Source: Gemmatimonadaceae bacterium | GTDB taxonomy: Bacteria > Gemmatimonadota > Gemmatimonadetes > Gemmatimonadales > Gemmatimonadaceae | Length of the DNA: 64,000 bases | NCBI GenBank assembly: GCA_044224875.1 | Contig: JBGAJQ010000010.1 | Coordinates: 32,001 to 96,000, forward strand | Reading direction: 5' to 3' | In this document: one piece after another, positions 22,323-31,905 of the stretch | Numbering within the stretch: position 1 is the first letter of the stretch | How the letters are laid out: each line of letters starts with the position of its first letter | The notes under the pieces: model-generated | Seen by the model: the letters and a program-made list of their open reading frames with translations, nothing else | What the model was told of the DNA's origin: nothing | The model's database searches: none | Made by a program: the position numbers and the translations under genes

Positions 22323-24331
22323 GAACGCCAGAGCCTCACAAGGGTCCCGGCGCGGACCTTGGCCCCGGCCTCGGGAGCGGTCGCGCCGTCACCACTGCCG
22401 ATGATAGACACCCGGACACCGGCGCGATGCAGCTCGCGGAGCGCGACACGGAGGGGCAATCCACGAACGTCGGGAACCGTCACGAGGGTGTCGGGGCGCG
22501 GAGTGTCCCGCATCGGGTTCGTCAGCTCAAATCGCACCGGCTCGCGCAACGGAGGTTCTGGAACGGTGTCCACCAGGGCGACATGCGCATTCGGGCGGAT
22601 CGAGGTACTATCGCCTGGCCGCATCGCCTCAGGGAGCTGAGTAGCGGTCGGGTCGGGGGCCGGCGCGGGGGTTCGCGTCCGCTGTTCGGCCAGCGTACGC
22701 CGGTCCAGGTTCACGCTGCGCGACGCGATGGCAGCTTCGATCACCTGCTTGGCCACCGGAGCGGCCGCCTTGCCGCCGTAGTACGTCTCGCGTGGATTGT
22801 CGATCTTGACTAGCACGACGTACTGCGGATCCTGCGCCGGAAAGATTCCCACGAACGACGACGTGTAGAGCCCCGCGCCATAGCCGCGACCGGTGTTTCT
22901 CCTGGCCGTGCCGCTCTTCCCCGCCAGGTTGAAGGTCGACAGGCTGGCGTCGGTCGCCGTTCCACTGTCCACGACACTTTCCATGATCTGGCGCAAGGTC
23001 GACGAGGTGGCTGGCATCAAGACTTGCCGGACCACGCGCGGCGCATGCCGGTAGATTTCCCGGCCATCTGGATCCTGCACCGCCTTCACGATGGCCGGTT
23101 GCAGCAGCTTGCCGCCATTGGCGAGGGCCGCGTAGGCCACTGCCAGCTGCAACGGTGTCACCGCGATCTCATAGCCGATGGACAATGACGCGTGTGACTG
23201 TGCCGACCAACGGCGTGGCTCGCGGAGCGTCCCCGCCGCCTCCGACGAATAAGTCATCCCCGTGGGCGTACCGAAACCGTAGTCGCGCAGGAGTTCATAC
23301 TGCTGACGGTCGCTGAGTCGTTCAGAGAATCGCGCGATGCCGACGTTGCTCGAAAACCGGATGACGTCTGCCAGCGACAACCGGGTGGCCTTATGCACGT
23401 CCGTGATCGTGCGTCCAGCAACGGTGTAGGTTCCGTTGTAGGTGTCGATGACTTCGTCGGGCCGCGCCAGCCCGCGCTCAATCAGCGCTCCAGCGTACAA
23501 CGGCTTCAGGGTGGACCCGGGTTCAAACGGTTCCGTGACGGCCGTTGCCGCGCCCACGCGCACCCCGGCACGGCGACTGGCGAGGCAGCGCACCTCACCG
23601 TCCCGCGGGTCCAGCACCACGATGTCCCCACCCTGCGCCCCGAGCCGGGCCGCCGCATCGGCCAACGCGCGATCGCAAATGTCCTGCAGCGCCAGTCCGA
23701 TGGTGAGCGTGACCGTGTGACCTGGCCGCGGAAGCGTGGATAGGAGGTCCGGCGACTCGTACCGCTCGCCCTTGGGACCGCGAAAGGCTTGCGACCGCCC
23801 GCGCTCGCCCATCAACAGCGAATCCAGAGCCAGCTCCAACCCTTCGACACCATGCCCACTGGCATCGGTCCGTCCGACAATTCGGCGCACGCCTTCGCTC
23901 AGCACGTACAAACGTTCACCGATCGCCTCCGAGTGTACGCCTGGCACCCGAACGAGGCCGGCGACGTCCGCGGGCTGGAACGTCTGGTGCAGCTCCACCC
24001 ACTTGCGCTTCCGATCGTTGACGCGCCGAAGCGACGTCTTGTCCACCCCCAAACGTTGTAACTGACGGGTGAGCTCGCGCAGGTCCTTCACTTCCGGCGG
24101 AGCGATCGAGAGCTTGACGCGCCCCTGGCTCCGTGCCAGTGCCGTCCCATCTGCATCCCGCAACTCACCTCTCGGTGCCGCCAGCGACGATTGGGCGTAG
24201 TGTTGACGCTCCGCTGCCATCGCCCAGCGCGACCCATCCACGAGCTGCACCTTGGCGGCACGGATCACCAGGGCCACGGCGAACAGCGCCAGGGCAATGT
24301 GGATGACGGAAATCCGGTTCAGCCGGATCAT
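22319..24331 (-). CDS. ftsI: Class B penicillin-binding protein FtsI with C-terminal PASTA-like domain
   Basis: EPGSTLK (SxxK), SSN, KSG; C-terminal VPDVRGLPLR. Confidence 0.93.
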   Translation of the reverse strand: MIRLNRISVIHIALALFAVALVIRAAKVQLVDGSRWAMAAERQHYAQSSLAAPRGELRDADGTALARSQGRVKLSIAPPEVKDLRELTRQLQRLGVDKTSLRRVNDRKRKWVELHQTFQPADVAGLVRVPGVHSEAIGERLYVLSEGVRRIVGRTDASGHGVEGLELALDSLLMGERGRSQAFRGPKGERYESPDLLSTLPRPGHTVTLTIGLALQDICDRALADAAARLGAQGGDIVVLDPRDGEVRCLASRRAGVRVGAATAVTEPFEPGSTLKPLYAGALIERGLARPDEVIDTYNGTYTVAGRTITDVHKATRLSLADVIRFSSNVGIARFSERLSDRQQYELLRDYGFGTPTGMTYSSEAAGTLREPRRWSAQSHASLSIGYEIAVTPLQLAVAYAALANGGKLLQPAIVKAVQDPDGREIYRHAPRVVRQVLMPATSSTLRQIMESVVDSGTATDASLSTFNLAGKSGTARRNTGRGYGAGLYTSSFVGIFPAQDPQYVVLVKIDNPRETYYGGKAAAPVAKQVIEAAIASRSVNLDRRTLAEQRTRTPAPAPDPTATQLPEAMRPGDSTSIRPNAHVALVDTVPEPPLREPVRFELTNPMRDTPRPDTLVTVPDVRGLPLRVALRELHRAGVRVSIIGSGDGATAPEAGAKVRAGTLVRLWRS

Positions 24332-24334
24332 TCG

Positions 24335-24664
24335 TCAGCGCTCCCGTCGCGCAGGCCGCGGCAGGATCACCACCGCCGAGTCATTCGGCACGTGCAGTCC
24401 CAAGCGCGATTGGACGCGATCGCCAAGCCGCGACAAACCCTCTTCGGAGACGATGTCGCTCTCCAACTGTAGTCGCTGTGATTCGAGCGCGTCGCGTGTG
24501 GCCGCCAGCTGCGCCAACGCACGCGCGGCCGCGGTCCCCTGCGTGCGGCGCCACACCACGCTGGCCGCCACGACGAGGAACACCGCGATGGTGACCGCCA
24601 CGGTGCGACCGCGGCCACCAGAGCGCCGAGCACTGGAGGCTCGCCTTACGCCGCGCGCCGCCAT
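24335..24664 (-). CDS. ftsL: FtsL-like bitopic coiled-coil protein
   Basis: Basic N-terminus, one TM, Leu heptads; lies between rsmH and ftsI. Confidence 0.7.
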   Translation of the reverse strand: MAARGVRRASSARRSGGRGRTVAVTIAVFLVVAASVVWRRTQGTAAARALAQLAATRDALESQRLQLESDIVSEEGLSRLGDRVQSRLGLHVPNDSAVVILPRPARRER

Positions 24665-25596
24665 GCACGTAGCCTCGCGCTGCGGGCGCGAACGTTTTGC
24701 TGAACCTCCCCCTCACTTGCCGTGATCGGATGCCGCGTCAGCGTGATCCCCAGTGGCGCGCCACGACACGTGCACACCGGCTGTCGAGGCGGACAAACGC
24801 AGCGGGCACTCCAATCACGAAACGCGTTCTTCACCAAGCGATCCTCTCCCGAATGATAGGCAATCACCACGAGGGTGCCGTCCGGTGTCAGCCGATCGCG
24901 CAGGTCTGGCAGGGCTCGCTCGAGGCCAGAGAGTTCATCGTTGACGGCAATCCGTACCGCTTGGAAGAGCCGCGCAAAATCCGACGGCCCGGTACGCGGT
25001 CCCAATGCCCCGCGAATGGCATTCACCAGGTCATCGCTGACCCTGAAGGGCTTGCTTTCGCGCCGCCGCACGATATCACGCGCCAATCGCAACGCACGTC
25101 GTTCGTCAGCGTACTCCCGAAAGACAAAGGCCAACTCGCCTTCATCTGCGTCATTCAGGAAGTCCGCTGCGTCGCGCGTGGCGCCAACCCCCATGCGCAT
25201 GTCCAGCGGCGCGCCCGGCCGGAACGAAAATCCCCGCGTCGCATCGTCCAGCTGGTGCGATGACACCCCGAGATCCAGGAGGATTCCCTCAAAGTGCTGC
25301 CCCGTCAGCTCGGACCGATCCGGCAACTCGGCGTAGTTTGCGAGCACGGCATGGAACTGACCCGTCTGGACGTGGGCGCGCAGGCGCTCGGTGGCTTCCT
25401 CGATCGCCGCCGGATCGCGATCGATGCCTGTCACGCGGGCCCCGCGCTCCAGCAGCGCGCTCGCGTGCCCACCACCACCCAGCGTGCAATCCAGCACGCG
25501 CCGCGAGTTCTGCAACAACTCAACGACTTCTTGCGCCAAGACTGGCGCGTGATACGTGTGGTGAGATACCTGGGGGAGCGTCACGGGACGCGTCAT
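24646..25596 (-). CDS. rsmH: 16S rRNA m4C1402 methyltransferase
   Basis: DCTLGGGGH, DLGVSSHQLD, PLDMRM, HSGEDR, RARSARLR. True start may be GTG 25584. Confidence 0.96.
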   Translation of the reverse strand: MTRPVTLPQVSHHTYHAPVLAQEVVELLQNSRRVLDCTLGGGGHASALLERGARVTGIDRDPAAIEEATERLRAHVQTGQFHAVLANYAELPDRSELTGQHFEGILLDLGVSSHQLDDATRGFSFRPGAPLDMRMGVGATRDAADFLNDADEGELAFVFREYADERRALRLARDIVRRRESKPFRVSDDLVNAIRGALGPRTGPSDFARLFQAVRIAVNDELSGLERALPDLRDRLTPDGTLVVIAYHSGEDRLVKNAFRDWSARCVCPPRQPVCTCRGAPLGITLTRHPITASEGEVQQNVRARSARLRAWRRAA

Positions 25597-25624
25597 TCTA
25601 GTGGGCGGCGGCGACGCGAGTCAA
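25595..25624 (-). promoter_or_regulatory. Sigma70-type promoter of the dcw cluster
   Basis: TTGACT (25624-25619), 18 nt, TAGAAT (25600-25595). Confidence 0.6.
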
Positions 25625-25700
25625 GCCAATGCACGAGTGAGAGTTCTGCACATCCCGAGCATTGCCTGGAACCACGTTAGGCACTGAACGATGCGTCCTG

Positions 25701-25742
25701 AAACGACGACGCCCGCCGAGTCGTTGGACTCGGCGGGCGTCG
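25701..25742 (-). terminator. Hairpin/terminator downstream of the TPR gene
   Basis: Perfect 16-bp stem (25707-25722 / 25727-25742), 4-nt loop, TCGTTT tail on minus. Confidence 0.7.
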
Positions 25743-25765
25743 GCACATCGTTGAATCGAGGCGAT

Positions 25766-27478
25766 CTACTTGCAGACGGCTTTTCCAAGTTGATCCGAGT
25801 AGGCCGTGAGCTGGCCCAACCCGTCCATCATCGCCTTCGCCTGGTCAGGGAAGGCCCGTCCGCCGGCGGGAACGTGGATCTGCGCGTTCCCCAAATACCC
25901 CTGCGCTTTCTTCAGCGCATCGCAGCTCTTGTTCGGCGCCGCATCCGTCGTCAGGATCGTCTGGCCGATCGTGAGTTCGGTAGCACCCATAAGGAACTTG
26001 GCCGTTTCCGAGGCGCTCAGGGAGTCCGCCGCGTTCAGCACGCGCAGGGCGGCATCCCCATCGGCGACCGCCTTCGACGTCTGGAAGGCCTTGAACATGG
26101 CGTTCCCCTTCGTGAGCGCCATGCCGCCGGCAACTTTCTTGTCGTCTCCCGCTTCGACCGCCTTCCGCAGCGCGCCGAGCATCTCCTCGACCTTGTTCTG
26201 CTCGGAGTAGATCTGGGCGATCTGAAGGTTGACGCCCGGGGTCTTGGGATCCACCGCGATCACCTTGTTGAACGCCTCAATCGCCACGGGCCCCTGACCG
26301 GCCTGCCGAGCAAGCTGACCCTGAGTCATCAGCAAGGTGGTGTTCTGCGGGAACTTGGCCACGCCCTTGGACGCCGATTCAAACGCCTTGGCGAAATTGC
26401 TGTCGGCTACGTACGCCGCGATCTGGCGCTGCCAGAACGTCGTGTCGGCGAACGCCGTGTCGGTTTTCACCAGCTCTTCGCCAACGGCCGCCGCACCCTT
26501 CCAATCCTTCATGGCGCGATACACGGTCCACTGCAGGCGGATGAGGGAGGGATCGCCCGGATTCTGACGAACCGCTTCGTCGATGATCGGCTTGGCGATC
26601 TCCGGCTTGCCGGCCGCGCCCAAGGCGTTCACGACGGTTTCTTGCAGGCGCGCGTTCGTTGGATCCGCAGCGAGCAACGTGGTGAGCGTCGTGATGTACT
26701 TGTCCTCCATCTTTTTCTCGTTGTACGCGTCGGCAACGAGCGCCAGCGCACGACGATTTTGTGGATTGATCTTCAGGATCTCTTCCGAAATCTTGATGAT
26801 CGAATCCGCCCCGAACTTGCGCGTATTCGCGATTTCCAGCGAACAGACGCGGGCATACACACTGTTCGGGTAGTCCTTGAGCGAACGATCAATGTCCTTC
26901 GCGGCATCCTCAAACTTGTTCTGCCGCCAGTTGAGCATGCACGACTGACTTCCGGCCAGCTGCTTGCGAGACTTCTCGATTTCGTTCGAGAGCTGCTTGG
27001 CAATGTCGCCGAGCTTAGCCCCGGTGATCTTCGGCAGCGGTTGCACCATGCCGTCACCGCGCACGAGCAACATGCTCGCATCGAGCTCGAGACCACCCGC
27101 TGTCTTGCTGATCGTTCCGTCCACGTACTCTTCGGCGCGAAGTAGCTGCGCCAGCGCCCTGAGGTCGTTGGCGTTAAGCGCCTCGGTTTGAGAATACCCT
27201 GAGGCAACCAACGTGTTATCGATGTCTGACTTCGGGATGATCCACAGGGTGCGGAGCATGAAGTCATCACCCATCCGTTCTCGCACGGCCTCACCGGCCT
27301 GACGGCCTAAACCAGGCTCACTGGCCCGGAGAATTGGCACAAGGAACCGAGGACCGGGGGTTTGTCCGCGTTGCAGGGGGGCCTGCTGCTGCGCTCCCAA
27401 ACTACGCCCCATGCTACTGGCGACGAGCGCAATGGACATTGTCGTGATTGCGCGCGTCAAGCGCTGCCATGCCTTCAC
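25766..27478 (-). CDS. Secreted TPR-repeat protein
   Basis: Signal-peptide-like N-terminus, repeated helical TPR-like units, Lys-rich, strongly GC3-biased codons. Confidence 0.8.
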   Translation of the reverse strand: MKAWQRLTRAITTMSIALVASSMGRSLGAQQQAPLQRGQTPGPRFLVPILRASEPGLGRQAGEAVRERMGDDFMLRTLWIIPKSDIDNTLVASGYSQTEALNANDLRALAQLLRAEEYVDGTISKTAGGLELDASMLLVRGDGMVQPLPKITGAKLGDIAKQLSNEIEKSRKQLAGSQSCMLNWRQNKFEDAAKDIDRSLKDYPNSVYARVCSLEIANTRKFGADSIIKISEEILKINPQNRRALALVADAYNEKKMEDKYITTLTTLLAADPTNARLQETVVNALGAAGKPEIAKPIIDEAVRQNPGDPSLIRLQWTVYRAMKDWKGAAAVGEELVKTDTAFADTTFWQRQIAAYVADSNFAKAFESASKGVAKFPQNTTLLMTQGQLARQAGQGPVAIEAFNKVIAVDPKTPGVNLQIAQIYSEQNKVEEMLGALRKAVEAGDDKKVAGGMALTKGNAMFKAFQTSKAVADGDAALRVLNAADSLSASETAKFLMGATELTIGQTILTTDAAPNKSCDALKKAQGYLGNAQIHVPAGGRAFPDQAKAMMDGLGQLTAYSDQLGKAVCK

Positions 27479-27565
27479 TTTGCTTACCTCCGAGACGTTG
27501 AACGTGCGATCAAGAAGTACCCCGACGATACTGTCGAGGTCCTGCGCTCACCTTACCCTGCACTA

Positions 27566-27639
27566 TGGGCGAAGAGGGACTCGAACCCCCGACTTCCTGC
27601 GTGTAAAGCAGGCGCTCTAACCAACTGAGCTATTCGCCC
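27566..27639 (-). tRNA. tRNA-Val(TAC), CCA not encoded
   Basis: GGGCGAA acceptor stem pairs with TTCGCCC-A; D-arm AGCTCAGTTGGTTAGAGC; anticodon arm CCTGC-TTTACAC-GCAGG; T-loop GTTCGA. Confidence 0.97.
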
Positions 27640-27724
27640 GCTTGGCCCTGCCGCCCCGCGCCCGTACTACCATGAACGAGAGAAAGTCGCGCTCCGCGGC
27701 GCGCCCGATATGTCGTTTCGAGAG

Positions 27725-27895
27725 CTACTTCAGAATCGCGATCGGAATGAGCACGCAATAACCAACGACCAGCAGAATCGGCGCGATCGTTTCCCCACCC
27801 CGCGCGAGGTCCGCAAACCCCAAGGCGATGGCGGCGATAGCAATGCCCCAAAACAAAAGTGGCCGCGAACGCGGCGACCGGCCAGCTTGAGCCAT
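27725..27895 (-). CDS. Small two-TM membrane protein (56 aa)
   Basis: Two hydrophobic segments; a sigma70-like promoter lies directly upstream. Confidence 0.6.
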   Translation of the reverse strand: MAQAGRSPRSRPLLFWGIAIAAIALGFADLARGGETIAPILLVVGYCVLIPIAILK

Positions 27896-27904
27896 AAGCG
27901 ACGT

Positions 27905-27934
27905 AGTATGTCCATCAACGGCGATGCGTGTCAA
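27905..27934 (-). promoter_or_regulatory. Sigma70-type promoter for the small protein and tRNA-Val
   Basis: TTGACA (27934-27929), 18 nt, CATACT (27910-27905). Confidence 0.55.
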
Positions 27935-27960
27935 GCACGCCCGACACAATCGGTTAGACG

Positions 27961-28971
27961 CTACGTGGGATCGCCCGGTTGTCCACCCAAATCCCGAGGT
28001 GGCGGCACGCTCTGAAGTAGCGCTTCGACGACTGCCTCGCGCTCAAGTCGTTCCTGCTCGGCCTCACGGATCCGCATGGCTTCCAGCCGCTCCTTGTCAC
28101 GATGTCGACGCATCAGATAGAGTGGCGTGATGAACACCAGCAGGACCAACACCGCGACCGTGAGATCAGCGAACAGCGCCAACGCGCCATACCGCCGCTT
28201 GGTCTGTTGCCTCCACCTCTGCTCGAAAGAACCCAACGTGATGCCGTAGGCCTCACGGACCGCGAGATCGAGCGAACCGGTCTTTGGCCAGTACGCGAAC
28301 AGCAGCGTCAGCCCGCGAGGTGGATCAAGCGACGCAAGGTCCGCGACGGCGCGGTACGCCAGCGCGTAAGCCGCCGTTGCGCGGGACGCTCCCACGGCAA
28401 AGCCGGCATCGAGTGAGTCGAGTGATGGCATACCACGCAGCGCGAGCACGACATTCGTGGCAAGTACCTCGTCCCTACCCCATTCATTGGCAGCGTAGCT
28501 GGCGTATCCCTCGTCGAACCAGCGCGGAGGTCGCGAGCCGAGGAACTCATGCAGCGCCAGGTGGGCCAGTTCGTGGCGCAGTGCGGCGACCGGATTTCCG
28601 GCGTCGGCGCCGGCGCGTGAACCCTGCATAACGATCCTTCGCTGGTCTGGAAATGCGAAGGCACTTCCCCACTCCGGCGCTGCGGGGCCAACGAATTCGC
28701 GAAAGCGACGACGGTCTCTGGCGACTACGATGAGGACGCGATCCTGCGGGCGCGGCAGTCCAGGGAAGGTGTCCGTGCGGACGATTGACGACAGCAGTGA
28801 TGCGGCCAGTCCGGCGTCCTGTTCCTCGGCAATGATGGAAAAGCGGCCTTGGTCGCGGCGCAGACCGGGGTATTGCGCGCGCAGTGCCGAACTTGCGGCA
28901 GCTAGCCCGAGCGCGATGGCGAGCCACCGCCCTCGACGACGGCCAGGATCTCCGCGCAGCGCTTGCCCCAT
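27961..28971 (-). CDS. Membrane-anchored zinc metallopeptidase-like protein (peptidase MA-like)
   Basis: HELAH (HExxH) followed by PRWFDEGYA; N-terminal hydrophobic stretch and C-terminal TM. Start uncertain. Confidence 0.75.
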   Translation of the reverse strand: MGQALRGDPGRRRGRWLAIALGLAAASSALRAQYPGLRRDQGRFSIIAEEQDAGLAASLLSSIVRTDTFPGLPRPQDRVLIVVARDRRRFREFVGPAAPEWGSAFAFPDQRRIVMQGSRAGADAGNPVAALRHELAHLALHEFLGSRPPRWFDEGYASYAANEWGRDEVLATNVVLALRGMPSLDSLDAGFAVGASRATAAYALAYRAVADLASLDPPRGLTLLFAYWPKTGSLDLAVREAYGITLGSFEQRWRQQTKRRYGALALFADLTVAVLVLLVFITPLYLMRRHRDKERLEAMRIREAEQERLEREAVVEALLQSVPPPRDLGGQPGDPT

Positions 28972-29771
28972 GGATTGAACTTGTTGGCCTGCAGTCCGTC
29001 TCGCCACGCCTGCAAGGCGCCGTCCTGATGCCCGCCGAACCATCGCGCGCGACCGAGGTGGTAGTGCGCCTCGACGAAATTGGGCCCGAGCGCTACCGCC
29101 TTACGGAAGAAGTTCTCGGCATCGTCGAACATCTCACGCTCGAAGTACAGCAGCCCCAGGTAGTAGTGGGCGTAGAGCACGGCCTTGCGATCGGAGTCGG
29201 AGCGGATGACCCGAGACAGGTGCTCGATGGCTTCGCCGAAGATGCCCTTCTTCAGGCAGATGTAGCCAACATTGACCCTGGCCAGCGCGTTGGCCGGATC
29301 GCGCAGGAGCACGCGTTGGAAGTGCTGCAACGCTTCGTCGAAGTGGTCCTGGAGCATCTGTGCCCATCCGAGCAACGCCTCGGCGTGGGTATCGCCTGGT
29401 ACCAGCTGCAACGCCTTTTCGAGGGCCGCTTCTGCCCCCTCGTACTCGCCGAGGGAAATCAGGCTCCAGCCTTTTTCTACGAAGGTGGACGCGTTCAGGT
29501 GGTCGGCGCGTGTCGGTGGAGCGGACGCCGGGGCCGTCGCGGTATCCTCACCGGCTAGGGTCTTCCAGCGGTCGACCAGCCCCTTGATCTCATCCTTGAG
29601 GGTGGTGAGGTCACCGATTTCCTTGTCGACGGCGCGGAACAGGGCGATGATCTCTGCCTTCAACTCATCGCGCTGAGTGAGGGCATCGGGTAGACCTAAC
29701 GCCTCCTCGATGCGCTGGAAGGCGTCCCTGTAGATGCCAGATCCCACGTCCGAGAACGACGCGTCAGCCAT
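28902..29771 (-). CDS. Coiled-coil plus TPR protein
   Basis: N-terminal heptad region followed by about 5 TPRs. Confidence 0.85.
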   Translation of the reverse strand: MADASFSDVGSGIYRDAFQRIEEALGLPDALTQRDELKAEIIALFRAVDKEIGDLTTLKDEIKGLVDRWKTLAGEDTATAPASAPPTRADHLNASTFVEKGWSLISLGEYEGAEAALEKALQLVPGDTHAEALLGWAQMLQDHFDEALQHFQRVLLRDPANALARVNVGYICLKKGIFGEAIEHLSRVIRSDSDRKAVLYAHYYLGLLYFEREMFDDAENFFRKAVALGPNFVEAHYHLGRARWFGGHQDGALQAWRDGLQANKFNPWGKRCAEILAVVEGGGSPSRSG

Positions 29772-30234
29772 CGCGGCGGGCCGGCTCGGCACTTGCCGCG
29801 GCTGGGGCAAACAATCGATCGACGTCGATCACGACCACCAGGTCGTCACCACGCCGCGTCATGCCGCGCATGGCGTCGGCAGCTCCACCACGAAAGAACG
29901 CCGGGGGCTCCTCGAGTGCACCGTCCGCGATCGGCCGGACGTCGAGGACCCCATCCACCACGACCGCCATCCATTCCTCTCCCGCTGACAGCACCAGCAC
30001 TCGCGATTGCCCGGCCGCACTCGCACCCTGGATGCCGAACCGGCGGCGCAAGTCCACCAATGGGACGGCACGACCCGCGTAGTCGATCACGCCCTCAATC
30101 CAGTCCGGCGTCCCCGGGACCCGGCGCGGCGCCTCATGGCGCAACACACGCTCGACGCGCTCCAGCGGGGCAGCAAACAAGTCCCGGCCCAGCCGGAACG
30201 TCACGATGCGTTGTACTTCGGCGTTCCCGCTCAT
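29764..30234 (-). CDS. cheW: CheW-family coupling protein
   Basis: IVTFRLG, VPGTPDWIEGVIDYAG, VPLVDLRRRFG, VVVDGVLDV. Confidence 0.9.
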   Translation of the reverse strand: MSGNAEVQRIVTFRLGRDLFAAPLERVERVLRHEAPRRVPGTPDWIEGVIDYAGRAVPLVDLRRRFGIQGASAAGQSRVLVLSAGEEWMAVVVDGVLDVRPIADGALEEPPAFFRGGAADAMRGMTRRGDDLVVVIDVDRLFAPAAASAEPARRDG

Positions 30235-30758
30235 AGGGCGTCCGGAATGGGAGGGGTTTGACAGGCGGTCACCAGCGCGCGGGCATCGAGCACACCGATC
30301 ACTTGACGCTCACGCACGAGAAGTCCCAGCAGGATCTCATCCTCCCACACGCCTTCGGGACATTCGCGCAGTGAGCCGAACTCGATGTTCAGTACGTCTT
30401 CCACATCCGATACAGCGAGCCCGATGCGGCGATTCCCAGCGCGCATCACGAGCGCAGCCCCGAGCTCCCGGTCGTGGACATGCACGTCGAGAACTCTGGC
30501 CGCGTCATACAAGGGAAGAAACTGTGTTCCGTGCATGAACACGCCGAGCATTGTCGTGGTGGATTCTGGCACGCTGTGCACGTGTGGCTGCTCGACCGTC
30601 TCATCCACCGCTTGCAGGTCAATGGCGAATCGTTCGTTGGCGACGCGAAAGACGAGCAGATCGGCGGCGCCGACGCGCGCGCGCACCCGATCGCGAAAGC
30701 GCAGGGGCGCGCTGGGTGGTGCCGCCGCAACGTACGACGTCTCGGGAGATGAACTCAT
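30231..30758 (-). CDS. cheW: Divergent CheW-family protein
   Basis: LLVFRVANERFAI, VPES..MLGV, IGLAVSDVEDV. Confidence 0.8.
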   Translation of the reverse strand: MSSSPETSYVAAAPPSAPLRFRDRVRARVGAADLLVFRVANERFAIDLQAVDETVEQPHVHSVPESTTTMLGVFMHGTQFLPLYDAARVLDVHVHDRELGAALVMRAGNRRIGLAVSDVEDVLNIEFGSLRECPEGVWEDEILLGLLVRERQVIGVLDARALVTACQTPPIPDAL

Positions 30759-30840
30759 CGATGCGACCTCCGTCGGTATGCGCGCGCCCGGAGGCTGCGC
30801 ACGGCGTGGCAATGCAGGGACAAGACGTAGGCGACCACCG

Positions 30841-31905
30841 TCAGCTCCTTCGCCCCGCCACGAGAGAAGCCGTTAGGCGGCCGGCCATGTCGCCGAGAGG
30901 CACGCTCTCGACCAGGCCCGCCGCCTCGATTGCGGCGCTGGGCATACCCCATACCGTGGACGTCGCGCGATCCTGAACCAGGACCTGGCCACCCGCGGCG
31001 CGGATCGCGCGACTTCCGTCCGCCCCATCCTTTCCCATGCCGGTGAGCACGACGCCGACCGCGGCCGCACCAAAGACCTTCGCCACGGAATGGAAGAGAA
31101 GATCGGCGGCCGGCCGCACACCCCACACCGGACCGTCTTCATCGATCGAGATCACGGCGCCTGCCCCGTGCTCGGCCGCACGGACGCGCATGTGTTTGCC
31201 GCCAGGGGCAACATATGCGACGTCGGCGTACACCGGTTCGCCGTGCACGGCCTGGTGCACGCTCCACGCCGACAGCTGATCGAGCCGGCGGGCTAGTGAG
31301 TCGGTGAAGCCGGGCGGCATGTGCTGGACGATGAACATCGCCGCACCGGCGCCACAGCGCATCGACGCCATGAGCTCACCTAACGCGCGGGGTCCGCCCG
31401 TGGACGCGGCCACCGCAATAGCGGTGTGAGCCTGCCCGGCCGGGAACGCCCCGACCGGTTTGCGCACCGGCGCGCGTTCGGCCACGGGGCCTCGCGGCAG
31501 GCGAACACTTCGTGCGGTACGAAGCGCCGAGAGGAGCCGGTCGCGAAGCGCGTGTGGGTCGAACGCGTCTACACGGCTGGGCTTGTGCACAAACTCGATC
31601 GCACCCAGCTCCAACGCACGAATGGTCAGGTCACCGCCGCGAGGGTCGTCCAAAGCGCTGAGCATGACCACCGGTCGCGGCGCCTCACGCATGATCGTGC
31701 TCAGCGCTTCCAGCCCATGCATGCCTGGCATGGCGACGTCGAGCGTGACGATGTCTGGATCCAACGCCTGCACCTGGGCGACGGCGTCTTCACCGTCGCG
31801 TGCCATGCCGGCCACCGTAAACTCGCCGCTGGCCGCAATCAGGTCCGCCACCACTTGGCGGACAAGAACCGAGTCGTCGACAACCAACACGCGGGGGACG
31901 GTCAC
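30841..31905 (-). CDS. cheB: CheB protein-glutamate methylesterase (REC plus esterase)
   Basis: VVDDS, LDVAMP; catalytic ASTGGP, QHMP and GMGKDG motifs intact. Confidence 0.95.
   Translation of the reverse strand: MTVPRVLVVDDSVLVRQVVADLIAASGEFTVAGMARDGEDAVAQVQALDPDIVTLDVAMPGMHGLEALSTIMREAPRPVVMLSALDDPRGGDLTIRALELGAIEFVHKPSRVDAFDPHALRDRLLSALRTARSVRLPRGPVAERAPVRKPVGAFPAGQAHTAIAVAASTGGPRALGELMASMRCGAGAAMFIVQHMPPGFTDSLARRLDQLSAWSVHQAVHGEPVYADVAYVAPGGKHMRVRAAEHGAGAVISIDEDGPVWGVRPAADLLFHSVAKVFGAAAVGVVLTGMGKDGADGSRAIRAAGGQVLVQDRATSTVWGMPSAAIEAAGLVESVPLGDMAGRLTASLVAGRRS

Noticed and set aside
25691..27145. 484-aa plus-strand ORF
   Set aside because: Antisense shadow of the TPR gene; no recognisable motifs. 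Such ORFs are common in high-GC DNA.
27566..27639. tRNA-Val as the integration site of an island carrying the che cluster
   Set aside because: No integrase, no duplicated tRNA 3' end seen, no obvious compositional shift, and the cluster is continuous with housekeeping genes.
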